This document shows positions 1-9,240 of a stretch of 64,000 nt of DNA, piece after piece. The position numbers were made by a program, and so were the translations under genes. Each line of letters begins with the position of its first letter. Position 1 is the first letter of the stretch. Source of the stretch: an uncultured Ktedonobacterales bacterium. GTDB lineage: Bacteria; Chloroflexota; Ktedonobacteria; Ktedonobacterales; JADMIN01. The DNA is taken from NCBI GenBank assembly GCA_964427535.1, contig CAYRVF010000006.1, forward strand, positions 3,945-67,944, in the 5' to 3' direction. The notes under the pieces were generated by a model. It was not told the origin of the DNA and did no database searches. It was given only the letters and a program-made list of their open reading frames with translations.

Positions 1-324
1 CATCTGGAAGAACGAGCTGGGCCAGCCATGTGTGATGACGAGTGGCAGCGGATTCGGTCCGCGTCCGCGCACGTGGACAAAATGGACGCCGATGCCGTCG
101 ATGTCCGCACGAAACTGCGGGTACTGGTTGAGCATCACCTCGCACGTCCGCCAGTCGAACTGGTGTCGCCAGTAGTCCACCAGATTTCTGAGATAGTCCA
201 GGTTCGTGCCGTAGTCCCACCCCGCGCCGTCGACCTCGTCCGTCCAGCGGGTGCGTGACAGCCGCTGCTGCAGGTCATCGAGCACCGCCTGTGACACCTC
301 GATCTGAAACGGGTGCGCTGGCAT
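1..324 (-). CDS. epoxide hydrolase, N-terminal part only (gene runs off the left window edge)
   Basis: Not in ORF track because there is no stop in the window. Reverse-strand ATG at 324..322 is preceded by GGAGGG. Translation MPAHPFQIEVSQAVLDDLQQRLSRTRWTDEV...VHFVHVRGRGPNPLPLVITHGWPSSFFQM matches the epoxide hydrolase N-terminal (EHN) domain followed by the HGWP motif of alpha/beta hydrolases. Confidence 0.8.
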   Translation of the reverse strand, partial: MPAHPFQIEVSQAVLDDLQQRLSRTRWTDEVDGAGWDYGTNLDYLRNLVDYWRHQFDWRTCEVMLNQYPQFRADIDGIGVHFVHVRGRGPNPLPLVITHGWPSSFFQM

Positions 325-387
325 ATCGCCCTCCTGTCTCGTGCATCTGCACCTGCCTCTGCCCGAGCGGGCAGGGTTGGCTGTGTC

Positions 388-801
388 TCACCCAAACCGC
401 TCGAACACGACGAGCGGAATCTCGCGGCTGGTCTTCTGCTGCTGTGCGTCGAACCACGGCACGATCTCGGCCCGGCGCCCGAGAAGCCGCTCGCGCTCGG
501 TTCCCGCCGCGACCGATGCGCGGGCCTCGAACCGCTCGTCGCCCACCTCCACCGTCACCTCCGGATGCGCCAGCAGGTTGTAGTACCAGTCGGGATGCGC
601 GGGCGCTCCCGCGTTGGCGGCGACGACGACGAACCGCTCGCCGTCCTTCCCGTAGCCCAGCGGCACCGTGCGCGGCAATCCGCTTCTGGCGCCGGTCGTT
701 GTCAGCAAGAGGATGTGGCTGTTGGCGAGCTGTCCGCTGAGCCTGCCGCCATTCTCCCGAAACTCACGTATCAGCGCATCGTTGTATGCGCGCATGTCCA
801 T
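388..801 (-). CDS. nitroreductase-family deazaflavin (F420)-dependent oxidoreductase (DDN-like)
   Basis: ORF 388..801. NDALIREFRENGGRL, LLLTTTGARSGLPRTVPLGY and VVVAANAGAPAHPDWYYNL are typical of the DDN/PNPOx-like family. It is co-directional with the epoxide hydrolase gene and 63 nt upstream of it. Confidence 0.9.
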   Translation of the reverse strand: MDMRAYNDALIREFRENGGRLSGQLANSHILLLTTTGARSGLPRTVPLGYGKDGERFVVVAANAGAPAHPDWYYNLLAHPEVTVEVGDERFEARASVAAGTERERLLGRRAEIVPWFDAQQQKTSREIPLVVFERFG

Positions 802-894
802 TCGCTGCTCTCCGGTTCTCTGTCACTGGTGTACGCTCAGGGCCGGTTCCGCGGCGTGCTCATCTTCCCGCCCACCACGAGACCGTGTGTCCCA

Positions 895-1293
895 TCAGTC
901 GAAATCGTAGTCTAGCGTGACGGACGACGACTGTCCATGCTGAAAGAACAGGCCGCCGTCCCCACGCAGGCCGCGCAGATCGCCCGTCCCCGAGCCCTCG
1001 ATGACCGACCACGCCGCCTTCACCGCGCCGCCCTCGAAGACGCCGCTGACCCGCAGGGCGAAGCTCCCCGGCCGGTCGCCCAGCCGACCGACGACGCGCT
1101 CTAATCCGACGAAGGTGCATGACTCGTCGTCGCGGTACATCATCAGGTACTTGAACGTCGCCTCGCCCTCGATCTCGCCGTGGTAGAGGTCACTACCGCT
1201 GGCGCAGGCGATCTTCGGCGCGCCTTCAGCTTCGGCGCAGGGCTGCTCGTCCCAGCTCTTCATCTCAATAGTGCCCGCCGCGTGTGTGCTCAT
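895..1293 (-). CDS. DUF3224 domain-containing protein
   Basis: ORF 895..1293. KSWDEQP...GEIEGEATFKYLMMY...GRLGDRPGSFALRVSGVFEGG...VIEGSGTGDLRGLRGDG matches the DUF3224 pattern. It is divergent from the YafY-type regulator gene. Confidence 0.8.
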   Translation of the reverse strand: MSTHAAGTIEMKSWDEQPCAEAEGAPKIACASGSDLYHGEIEGEATFKYLMMYRDDESCTFVGLERVVGRLGDRPGSFALRVSGVFEGGAVKAAWSVIEGSGTGDLRGLRGDGGLFFQHGQSSSVTLDYDFD

Positions 1294-1372
1294 CGTGTCG
1301 CCTATCCTCCCCTACTCGATCTGTGAGGTGCCCGCGAAAGTGTCCCAGATGCTATTATTATGGCCGGTATAC

Positions 1373-1389
1373 CTGACATCTTCTGTCAG
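1373..1389. promoter_or_regulatory. inverted repeat CTGACA-N5-TGTCAG, candidate operator in the DUF3224/yafY divergent region
   Basis: Perfect 6-bp arms at 1373-1378 and 1384-1389, 23 nt upstream of the regulator ATG (1412). Confidence 0.3.
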
Positions 1390-1411
1390 TCTTTTCGGGG
1401 AGTATGCGCCG

Positions 1412-2431
1412 ATGCGTGCCAGCCGGTTAGTCTCGCTCCTTCTGCTGCTGCAGACGCGTGGACGCATGACCGCGCAGGACCTCGCGGACGAGCTCGGCGT
1501 CTCTGTGCGCACCATCTACCGTGACGTGGAATCGCTAAGCCTCGCGGGTGTGCCGGTGTATGCCGACCGTGGCCCGACGGGCGGCTTTCAACTCCTCGCG
1601 GGATACCGCACGCGTCTCACCGGACTGACACCAACCGAGGCTGAATCGCTCTTCCTCGCGGGCATCCCCGGACCCGCCGCCGAACTGGGACTGGGCACGG
1701 TACTCGCTGCGGCGGAACTCAAGCTGCTGGCGGCGCTGCCCGAGCCGCTGCGGCCACAGGTCGGGCGTGTGCGCGAACGATTCCACCTCGACGCGCCAGG
1801 ATGGTTCCAGGATGTCGGCGAGACGCCGTACCTCGGGGAAGTCGCCGAAGCCGTCTGGAATCAGTGGCCACTCCGCGTGCATCACCAGCGTGCGGGCCGG
1901 GGCGGGCATGTACACCGCATGCTGGAGCCGCTCGGCGTCGTGCTCAAAGCGGGCGCGTGGTATCTCGTCGCGCGCGTGCGTCCCGCGAAGGAAGGCGAGC
2001 CGAGCCCATCCGAGACGGCACACCCGATTCGCACCTATCGTGTGTCGCGCATACTCGCGCTGGAGACGCTGCGCGACGAGACCTTCGAGTGGCCGGAGGG
2101 CTTCGATCTCGCGGAGTTCTGGCACACGTGGTCGCGCGGCTTCGAGTCAGGCGTCTATCGCGGTGAGGCCAGCATCCGACTCTCGCCGCGCGGTGTCGAG
2201 CGCATGGTCTACCTGCTGAACCCGGCCACCAGCCACGCGGCGACCGAGACCGCCACGCCGCCTGAGGCGGACGGCTGGCTGCGAGCAACCGTTCCCATCG
2301 AGTCGGTCGAGCACGCGCTCTCCGAGCTGCTGCGTCTCGGCGCGGACGTCGAGGTCGTCTCGCCGCCCGAGCTGCGCGCCCGCATGGCCGAGGAATCCGC
2401 CGCGCTGGCCGAGTTGTACTGTAGCCCGTGA
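1412..2431 (+). CDS. YafY-family transcriptional regulator (HTH plus WYL domain)
   Basis: Same frame as ORF 1271..2431. I place the start at ATG 1412 because MRASRLVSLLLLLQTRGRMTAQDLADELGVSVRTIYRDVESLSLAGVPVYADRGPTGGFQLL is the canonical YafY N-terminus. The upstream 47 codons have no homology-like features. Confidence 0.85.
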   Translation: MRASRLVSLLLLLQTRGRMTAQDLADELGVSVRTIYRDVESLSLAGVPVYADRGPTGGFQLLAGYRTRLTGLTPTEAESLFLAGIPGPAAELGLGTVLAAAELKLLAALPEPLRPQVGRVRERFHLDAPGWFQDVGETPYLGEVAEAVWNQWPLRVHHQRAGRGGHVHRMLEPLGVVLKAGAWYLVARVRPAKEGEPSPSETAHPIRTYRVSRILALETLRDETFEWPEGFDLAEFWHTWSRGFESGVYRGEASIRLSPRGVERMVYLLNPATSHAATETATPPEADGWLRATVPIESVEHALSELLRLGADVEVVSPPELRARMAEESAALAELYCSP

Positions 2432-2501
2432 TTGAGTGCGGCACAGTTCGCGGTCACATGAAGCGTGGCCTCAAGGGGAAATGTGGGTCGGATGCGGCTT
2501 G

Positions 2502-3086
2502 CTATAGATCCGCCGAGCGCTGCTTCCGCTGCTGGCGGTAGGCGCGGGCGTGCATGCGGTTGCCGCACGTCGCCATCGAGCACCACACGCCGGAGTGGTT
2601 CTTCGAGGTGTCGTAGAACGCGCCCCCACAGGCCGTGTTGCGGCAGATTTTGAGCCGCGTCCAGGTTCCCGTCAGCATCGCGGCATACACCTCGCCGAAG
2701 ACACGCGCGAGCACGCCATCCACACCCGCGCTCTCGGGAGACAGCAGCACAGACGACGCCGAAGGGAACTGCACCATCAGCGGCAGATGACGCGCCATCT
2801 GATTGAGCGTCTCGTGTGCGTCCGCGACTGTGGAGCTATCCGCGTCGCCCCGTTGCAGCATGTGCCGCAGCGCCTCGCGCACGGTAAGCGCGCGCCGATA
2901 GTCGCCGTCCGACACTGGTGTATCTGCCGTGATCAGGCCATGCTGGACCAACCACGACCGCATCTCCTCACGATCGGGCCAGGCATCGTGCAGCCGCTGC
3001 CGCTGACCATATCGCGTATTGAGCAGGTCCTGCACGAGCGCCAGGCCGCCGGGAGCCCGCGTCGTCTGCCGATGGGCCATCGCCAT
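2502..3086 (-). CDS. CGNR zinc-finger domain-containing protein (ABATE plus zf-CGNR putative regulator)
   Basis: Same frame as ORF 2502..3167. C-terminus CRNTACGGAFYDTSKNHSGVWCSMATCGNRMHARAYRQR is the CGNR zinc-finger signature. Start ATG 3086 has GAAGGA 6 nt upstream. Confidence 0.85.
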   Translation of the reverse strand: MAMAHRQTTRAPGGLALVQDLLNTRYGQRQRLHDAWPDREEMRSWLVQHGLITADTPVSDGDYRRALTVREALRHMLQRGDADSSTVADAHETLNQMARHLPLMVQFPSASSVLLSPESAGVDGVLARVFGEVYAAMLTGTWTRLKICRNTACGGAFYDTSKNHSGVWCSMATCGNRMHARAYRQQRKQRSADL

Positions 3087-3199
3087 ATATCCTTCATGTC
3101 GCATCATAGACACCGCTATCACTACCATATTATATACACCGGTAACACACATCCAATAATACGCCATTTACGAAGCGCGCGCATAACCATCAAAGTATC

Positions 3200-3229
3200 T
3201 TGACTAGTTATTATAGGTCGGGCTACAGT
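3200..3229 (+). promoter_or_regulatory. candidate sigma-70 type promoter for the MFS gene
   Basis: TTGACT (3200-3205), 18-nt spacer, TACAGT (3224-3229), in an unusually AT-rich divergent intergenic region. Confidence 0.3.
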
Positions 3230-3280
3230 GTCACACATGGACAGTCATCCGCACGCCGTCTCCACGTGAAAGGCCCTCCG

Positions 3281-4831
3281 ATGCGCTCACCTCATGCAGA
3301 CTCACCCGATCACTCAGTTCAGAACGCGCATCCCGAGCCGCTGCCAGACCGCGCGAAGTGGCTTGCCCTGCTCGCGGCGTGCCTGGGGCTATTCATGCTC
3401 TACGTCGATCTCTTCATCGTGAATGTCGCTCTGCCCGCGATTGGCCGCGACTTCCACGCCGCCGTCTCGACCGTCTCGTGGACCGTGACAGGCTACGTGC
3501 TCGTGATCGGCGTCTTGCCGATGGGCGTCGGGCGCCTCGGCGACCTGTGGGGATATCGCCGGGTCTATCTCGCCGGACTCGCGCTCTTCGTGGTAGCATC
3601 CTTCGCCTGTGGCCTTGCGCCGTCCGTGCTGGCGCTGATCGTCTGCCGCGTGCTGCAGGGCGTTGGCGCCGCGCTCATGACGCCGACGACGCTGGCCATC
3701 GTCACGCGCGCGTTTCCTGTGGGGCAGCGTGGGCTGGCGCTCGGCGTCTACGGTGGCATCTCGTCGCTGGGGCTGGTCGCCGGACCGCTGCTCGGTGGCC
3801 TGCTCGTGAATAGCGCGTCCTGGCGCTGGGTCTTCTTTATCAATATCCCCATCGGCGTGCTCGCCATCGCGCTGACCCTGCTGTTCGTTCAAGATGTCCG
3901 GGGCGCGACTGGCGCCGAGCGCGTCGATTGGCTGGGATTGGCGCTGCTCTCATTCGGGATCCTCGGCCTGCTGCTCGCGTTGACGCGTAATGCGCTTGAC
4001 GTCTGGACCATCGTGCTCGTCGGCGGCGGGCTGGCGCTGTTCGCCATCTTTGTGCGCGTTGAGCGGCGCAGTCCGTGGCCGCTCATCGACCTCTCGGTCT
4101 TTCGTAATCGCGCCTTCGTGGGGGTCTCGGTGAGCTTCTTGCTCTTCTCGGCGGCCCTCTTTGGCTCGCAGCCGTACTGGAGTCTCTTCCTCCAGAACAC
4201 GTGGGGCCTTACTCCGCTGCAAGGCGGTCTCGCGTTCCTACCGGCCACTGCCTTGATCGCGGTGCTGACTCCCGCTTCGGGTCTCATCGGCCAGTGGGCA
4301 GGCGCGCGGGTGAGCCAGGTGGCCGCAATCGGCGCGGGCGTCATGGGGCTCGGGTATGCCGCGGTTGCCGTTCTCCTCTCCGCGCACAGCACCTACCTCA
4401 ACACGTTCTTGCCCGTGTTTTTGCTGCGTGGTTTGGGCATTCCGGTGTTTGTCACGTGCGCGCAGCTTGCCATGCTCGCGGCCGTGCCATCCAGCCAGGT
4501 CGGATTAGCATCAGGGACGCTTGGTATGGCACGCAACGTCGGTACCGCATTCGGGGTCGCGCTACTCGGCGGCGTCTACATCCAATCGCTGCAGCATACG
4601 GTCAGCGGGTCGCTGCGTGCTGGCGCCGGTCAGTTCCGCGTCACCGGACCGGCGGCGGCCCACGCCAGCGCGATATCGGCCATCCTCCAGAGCTTCAACG
4701 CACTCAACCTCGCCGCGGCGCTCTGCTGCGCGCTGGCCGTCGTGGCGCTGCTGGTCATCCGGGTGAAGACTGCGCCTGCCTCGACACAACCGGCACCTTC
4801 CGCCGCCAGCCCGGTGCCTGCCGCGCGCTAG
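3281..4831 (+). CDS. MFS transporter, DHA2 (EmrB/QacA-like, 14-TMS) drug:H+ antiporter family
   Basis: Same frame as ORF 3200..4831; ATG 3281 chosen. Many hydrophobic segments. LGRLGDLWGYRRVYLAGL and CRVLQGVGAALMTPTTLAI resemble MFS motifs A and C. Divergently paired with the CGNR regulator. Confidence 0.85.
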   Translation: MRSPHADSPDHSVQNAHPEPLPDRAKWLALLAACLGLFMLYVDLFIVNVALPAIGRDFHAAVSTVSWTVTGYVLVIGVLPMGVGRLGDLWGYRRVYLAGLALFVVASFACGLAPSVLALIVCRVLQGVGAALMTPTTLAIVTRAFPVGQRGLALGVYGGISSLGLVAGPLLGGLLVNSASWRWVFFINIPIGVLAIALTLLFVQDVRGATGAERVDWLGLALLSFGILGLLLALTRNALDVWTIVLVGGGLALFAIFVRVERRSPWPLIDLSVFRNRAFVGVSVSFLLFSAALFGSQPYWSLFLQNTWGLTPLQGGLAFLPATALIAVLTPASGLIGQWAGARVSQVAAIGAGVMGLGYAAVAVLLSAHSTYLNTFLPVFLLRGLGIPVFVTCAQLAMLAAVPSSQVGLASGTLGMARNVGTAFGVALLGGVYIQSLQHTVSGSLRAGAGQFRVTGPAAAHASAISAILQSFNALNLAAALCCALAVVALLVIRVKTAPASTQPAPSAASPVPAAR

Positions 4832-4982
4832 CCCGGCTCTGACATGCCCCCTCGAACCAGTATACTTAGACCAGAGCGCGACGCCGCCACGGCACAATTC
4901 GCGCTCTGCCAGCGGGATATGACCGTCAACGAGTGGATGCTAGCGAGCGGGGGCGCTCGATGCCTGAGAGGAGAGACGCACT

Positions 4983-6134
4983 GTGGCACGGTTCCTCTTC
5001 GTGACCTGGCCTGGCTCTGGTAATCAGGTCCCCACGCTCGGCATCGCCCAGGCTCTACGAGAACACGGTCACTCGGTCACATTCGCAGGGTATGTCAGCC
5101 AGCGCGAGCGGTTCGCTGCCCGGGGATTCCCGCTGACGCCGATGGAGCGGTCCTCGTCGGCACTCCAGAGGGCGCCAAAGGGTGATGTAATGGCCGCCCT
5201 GGTCGCGACCGTGTGGGCGACGCCCGATCACCTCGCGGATGTGCGCGACGCGGTTGAGCGCGAGTCTCCGGATGTGCTGGTCGTCGATTGTTTGCTGTTT
5301 GGCGTGCTCGCGGCGGCGGAATCGATGGGGGCGAACACCGCTGTCCTCGTCCACAGCGCGCCGGGGCTGCTGGAGCCGCCCGATGGTCCGTTCGAGCAGA
5401 CGCTCTTGCTCGCCCCCATCAATGCGGTGCGGGCATCGGCTGGCCTGGCGCCTGTGGCTCACGCATGGGACGTCTGGGCGCGCTTCCCCACCCTCTGCGC
5501 CTCGCTGCGCGTGCTAGACCCCCTGGCTGACCAGGCGCCGGAGTCGTTTCGCTATGTCGGCCCGGTCTTCGAGCGCATGCCCGACTCGGGCTGGCGCGCG
5601 CCGTGGGCGGCGGATGATACCCATCCGCTGGTGCTCGTCAGCTTCTCCGCGGGCGACGCCTGGGATCAGACATCACGCATCCAGCGTACGCTCGTCGCGC
5701 TCGCCGAGACGCCCGTCCGTGTGCTCGTCACGGCGGGTAGTGCGAACGTATCTGGCCTGACCATTCCTGACAACGCGGTGGTCATTCCAGGCGTTCCGCA
5801 CGCGGAGGTCTTGCCGTCCGTCGCGGCGGTGGTGACGCACGGCGGCCACGGCACCGTCACCGCAGCCCTCGCGCATGCGGTCCCCGTCATCTGCCTGCCC
5901 AATCTGACCTCCGACCAACCCGGCATCGCGGCTCAGATCGCGGCGCTTGGCGCGGGACTGGCGCTCGATGGCGACGCCGCGACGCCCGATGACATCCGTG
6001 CGGCGGTCGTTACCGTGCTGCGCGAGCCGTCCTATGCCGCCGCCGCTCGCCGTCTTGCCGCGATGATCGCCGAATCTCACAGCGCCGAGGCGTCAGTCAC
6101 CCTGTTGAAGCACGTTGCGGGCGCTGCTCACTAG
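4983..6134 (+). CDS. glycosyltransferase family 1 (MGT/UDP-glycosyltransferase type)
   Basis: ORF 4983..6134 (GTG start). N-terminal FVTWPGSGNQVPTLGIAQAL. C-terminal nucleotide-sugar motif VVTHGGHGTVTAALAHAVPVICLPNLTSDQPGIAAQIAALGAGLAL. Confidence 0.85.
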   Translation: MARFLFVTWPGSGNQVPTLGIAQALREHGHSVTFAGYVSQRERFAARGFPLTPMERSSSALQRAPKGDVMAALVATVWATPDHLADVRDAVERESPDVLVVDCLLFGVLAAAESMGANTAVLVHSAPGLLEPPDGPFEQTLLLAPINAVRASAGLAPVAHAWDVWARFPTLCASLRVLDPLADQAPESFRYVGPVFERMPDSGWRAPWAADDTHPLVLVSFSAGDAWDQTSRIQRTLVALAETPVRVLVTAGSANVSGLTIPDNAVVIPGVPHAEVLPSVAAVVTHGGHGTVTAALAHAVPVICLPNLTSDQPGIAAQIAALGAGLALDGDAATPDDIRAAVVTVLREPSYAAAARRLAAMIAESHSAEASVTLLKHVAGAAH

Positions 6135-8950
6135 CCCGTCTCTTGCAGCCCTGCCGCGATGCCGTTGATGCTGTGATGGATCGCGTCGAGCAGCGGCGCC
6201 GCGTCCTCGCCCTGCCCCCCCGTCGTCTGCGCGCGGTAGCGCCGTAGCAGTGCGATCTGCGCGACGTGCAACGCATCCACATAGGGATTGCGCAGGCGAA
6301 TCGAGCGCGCCAGCACGGAGGAGCGCTCCAGCAGAGTCTGCTGCCCCGTCACCCGCAGGACCGCGCGCACACTTCGGGCGTATTCGGCGTCGAGCAGGTC
6401 GAGCTGCGCGGAGCCATCGGTGGCGAGCGTTGTGTACCGGCGCACCGTCGGCATGTCGGCGATGCCGAGACTGCGCTGGGCGTTGTCCATCGCGGTCGCG
6501 AAGAAGCGCCATCCGGCATACATCGCGCGGAGGCGCTCTACCCCACCCGCGGCGATTTCCTCTTCGATGGCGGTGCCTAGCCCAAACCAGCCGGGCACGT
6601 TCGCGCGCGTCTGAGTCCAGCTAAAGCCCCAGGGAATGGCGCGTAGATCGGCGAGCGTCAGCGTCTGGCTGCCGCCCCGGCTGACCGGCCGCGAGGCGAG
6701 GTTGAGGCTCGCCAGCTCCGGAAACGGCGTGGCCTCACGGAAGTACCGCAGAAACTCGGGTGCGTTTTTGATGTGCCGCTGATACACCTCCCGCGAGCGC
6801 GACGCCAGCCGCTCCATTGTCCGCACCCACTCGTCGGGCGGGTCGCCTTCGGCGGGCTCCAGCGCCGAGCGCAGCAGCGCGTGGATCATCTGCTCGAAAT
6901 GCCGCTCCGCGATTTCTGGATGACTGTAGCGCGCGAAGATCACCTCACCCTGCTCTGTCACTTTCAGCGTGGGCAGCCGCGCCTCGGGCGGCCGGGCAAG
7001 AATCGCACGCCCCATTGGCCCGCCGCCACGCCCCACGGCGCCGCCACGTCCGTGAAACAGCTCCAGTCCCAACCCAGCGGAACGTGCCATCCGGGCCAGC
7101 GATTCTTGCGCGCGATAGGTCTCCCATGTGGCGGCAAGGTAGCCCGCGTCCTTGTTGCTATCGGAGTATCCCAGCATGATCTGCTGCTGCCAGCCGCGCG
7201 CACGCAGCGCCGCGCGGTACGCGGGGCTCACCAGCAGCGCCTCCATCACGCGGGCGCTGGACCGTAGCTCCTCCACTTCCTCGAAGAGCGGCACGATGTC
7301 GATGCGCGCGCGGCAGGTCTCGGAGGGCGCATCCGGCCCATCCCACGAGAACAGGCCCGTCTCGCGGGCGAGCACGAGCACCGCCAGCACATCCGAGGGC
7401 GCGTGGCACATCGAGATGATGACTGTCTGGCACGCCGCCTCGCCCTGACGATCCTGGATGGCGGCGATCGCGCGGAAGGTGGCCAGCGTCTGGCGCGTCT
7501 CCGCCGAGAGTGCCGCCGGGAGCACGGCGAGTGGCGACAGCGCGAGGGAGCGTTCAAGCAGCTCCGCCCGCTCGTGCTCGCTCAGGTCAGCGTATGAGCC
7601 GCTTCCGTGCAGTTGCAGCAGCTCGCCCACCGCCGCCGCGAAGCGTGCCGCGTGCTGCCGCACCTCCAGTTCGCAGAGGCTAAAGCCGAAGGTCCGCACG
7701 CGCACCTCAAGATCCCACAGCGCGCTGCCCGCGACCCGCTCGCTCCGGTGGGCCAGCAGGCTCGTCCGCATCAGCCGCAGATCGGCGAGCAACGCATCCG
7801 GCGTGGAGTAGCCACCCGGCTCATCCTCCGCCGTTCGTCGCAGCCGCTCGGCAATCAACCCGCACTTGCGGCGATACGGCTCATCGGCCCACTGCGGCAC
7901 CGGCTGCGCGCCTAGCGCCGCGAGGTCGCGCTCCAGCGAGGCCAGCAACTGGGGTGACGCACCGACGAGTCGCTGCGAGATGCTCAGATCGCGTCCGATT
8001 GCCTGCACGTCGTCGTGATAGCGCCGCAGCACGGCGGTACGGCCGAGCCGGGCGGCAGCCACGGTCACGTCAGGCGTCACGAACGGGTTGCCGTCGCGGT
8101 CGCCGCCGACCCACGAGCCAGGCCGCAGAAACGGGTGTGCCTCTGGCGAGGGCGGCAGCGCACGCTCTCCACCGAGCACCGCCGTCAGCAGCGTCCGCTG
8201 CGCCTGGGGTGCCACGTCGTAGACCGTGCCCGAGAGCACCCGCACGACACTCTGCACCTCGTCCAGCACACCGGGCCGCTCGGAGCGTGTCTCGGCCGTT
8301 TGCCACAGCAAAGTGATCTCAGCTCGCAGCGCATCGGCAATGGCCCGGCGCCGGCGCGGATTTGCCTTGAACACGTCGTGCTCGACGAGCAGCGCCATGC
8401 AGCGATCCAGATGTTGCAGCAGCGTCGGCCGGCGCACCTCCGACGGATGCGCGGTAAACACAGGACGCACGACCAGCACGGGCAACAGCGCCGAGATCTC
8501 GGTCTCGGTGACCCCTCGTTCGCGCAGCAGCGCGACGGCCGCCTCGATCGACTCTGGTAGCGGCGCATCCGACCGTTCACGCTCGTACAGGCGGCGCACG
8601 CGATGATGCTGTTCGGCCACGTTGATGAGGTGGAAGTAGACCGTGAATGCGCGGACGATGAGCGTCAGATCGGCTGTGCTCTGCGCCTCTGCCCACTCGA
8701 GCAGCGCGCGCTCGCGGTCTACATCCGCACGCCCCTCCGCGCGTGCCTCGATCGCCGCCAGCCGCACCGTCTCGACGAGTCCGAAGATTCGCTCGCCAGC
8801 CTGCTCGCGCACCACCTGGCCGACGATATCGCCGAGGGTATGCACATCTTCGCGCAGTGCATCCATTGCTGGCAGCGGCTCGACACGCGTCGCGCCCGCG
8901 CCAGCCTCTGGCGGCTGCTCCATCTGAAACGCCTCCCCCAACTCAGCCAT
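6131..8950 (-). CDS. ppc: phosphoenolpyruvate carboxylase
   Basis: ORF 6131..8950, 939 aa. Contains VFTAHPSEVRR, GYSDSNKDAGYL, FHGRGGAVGRGGGP and the C-terminal INGIAAGLQETG, all hallmark PEPC motifs. Confidence 0.97.
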   Translation of the reverse strand: MAELGEAFQMEQPPEAGAGATRVEPLPAMDALREDVHTLGDIVGQVVREQAGERIFGLVETVRLAAIEARAEGRADVDRERALLEWAEAQSTADLTLIVRAFTVYFHLINVAEQHHRVRRLYERERSDAPLPESIEAAVALLRERGVTETEISALLPVLVVRPVFTAHPSEVRRPTLLQHLDRCMALLVEHDVFKANPRRRRAIADALRAEITLLWQTAETRSERPGVLDEVQSVVRVLSGTVYDVAPQAQRTLLTAVLGGERALPPSPEAHPFLRPGSWVGGDRDGNPFVTPDVTVAAARLGRTAVLRRYHDDVQAIGRDLSISQRLVGASPQLLASLERDLAALGAQPVPQWADEPYRRKCGLIAERLRRTAEDEPGGYSTPDALLADLRLMRTSLLAHRSERVAGSALWDLEVRVRTFGFSLCELEVRQHAARFAAAVGELLQLHGSGSYADLSEHERAELLERSLALSPLAVLPAALSAETRQTLATFRAIAAIQDRQGEAACQTVIISMCHAPSDVLAVLVLARETGLFSWDGPDAPSETCRARIDIVPLFEEVEELRSSARVMEALLVSPAYRAALRARGWQQQIMLGYSDSNKDAGYLAATWETYRAQESLARMARSAGLGLELFHGRGGAVGRGGGPMGRAILARPPEARLPTLKVTEQGEVIFARYSHPEIAERHFEQMIHALLRSALEPAEGDPPDEWVRTMERLASRSREVYQRHIKNAPEFLRYFREATPFPELASLNLASRPVSRGGSQTLTLADLRAIPWGFSWTQTRANVPGWFGLGTAIEEEIAAGGVERLRAMYAGWRFFATAMDNAQRSLGIADMPTVRRYTTLATDGSAQLDLLDAEYARSVRAVLRVTGQQTLLERSSVLARSIRLRNPYVDALHVAQIALLRRYRAQTTGGQGEDAAPLLDAIHHSINGIAAGLQETG

Positions 8951-9050
8951 GGCCCGCCCAAGCCTCGCGCCCCATCTCTACCCGCATCAACACACACGAG
9001 GCGCCTCTACATCTATTGTACCCTCCGTGACTGATACACCCCTGCGACGG

Positions 9051-9093
9051 CCCCTCCCCTGAGAAGGGAAGGGATAGGGGGAGAGGTTCTGCC
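9051..9093. repeat. C/G-rich palindromic intergenic repeat (REP-like), copy A1
   Basis: CCCTCCCCT-GAGA-AGGGAAGGG (one mismatch) followed by the tail ATAGGGGGAGAGGTTCTGCC. Same architecture as the copies at 13.8-14.0 kb and 30.8 kb. Confidence 0.6.
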
Positions 9094-9200
9094 GTTCGGC
9101 GAGGTGCGGGCGAGGCATGCTTGGCCCCTACAGTAACGAACCGCCTGCTCGCCACTGGTGTCGCGGACGCTGCCGCTTCACCACCGCGGCTCATTCGCAG

Positions 9201-9240
9201 GCCCCATCCCTTGAGGGAAGGAGGTTGGGGGTTAAGTTCT
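9201..9240. repeat. REP-like repeat, degenerate copy A2
   Basis: CCCATCCCTTGAGGGAAGGAGGTTGGGGGTTAAGTTC. The tail closely resembles copy B3 (GGGTAGGGGGTTAGGTTC). It abuts the stop codon of the histidine kinase gene. Confidence 0.5.
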
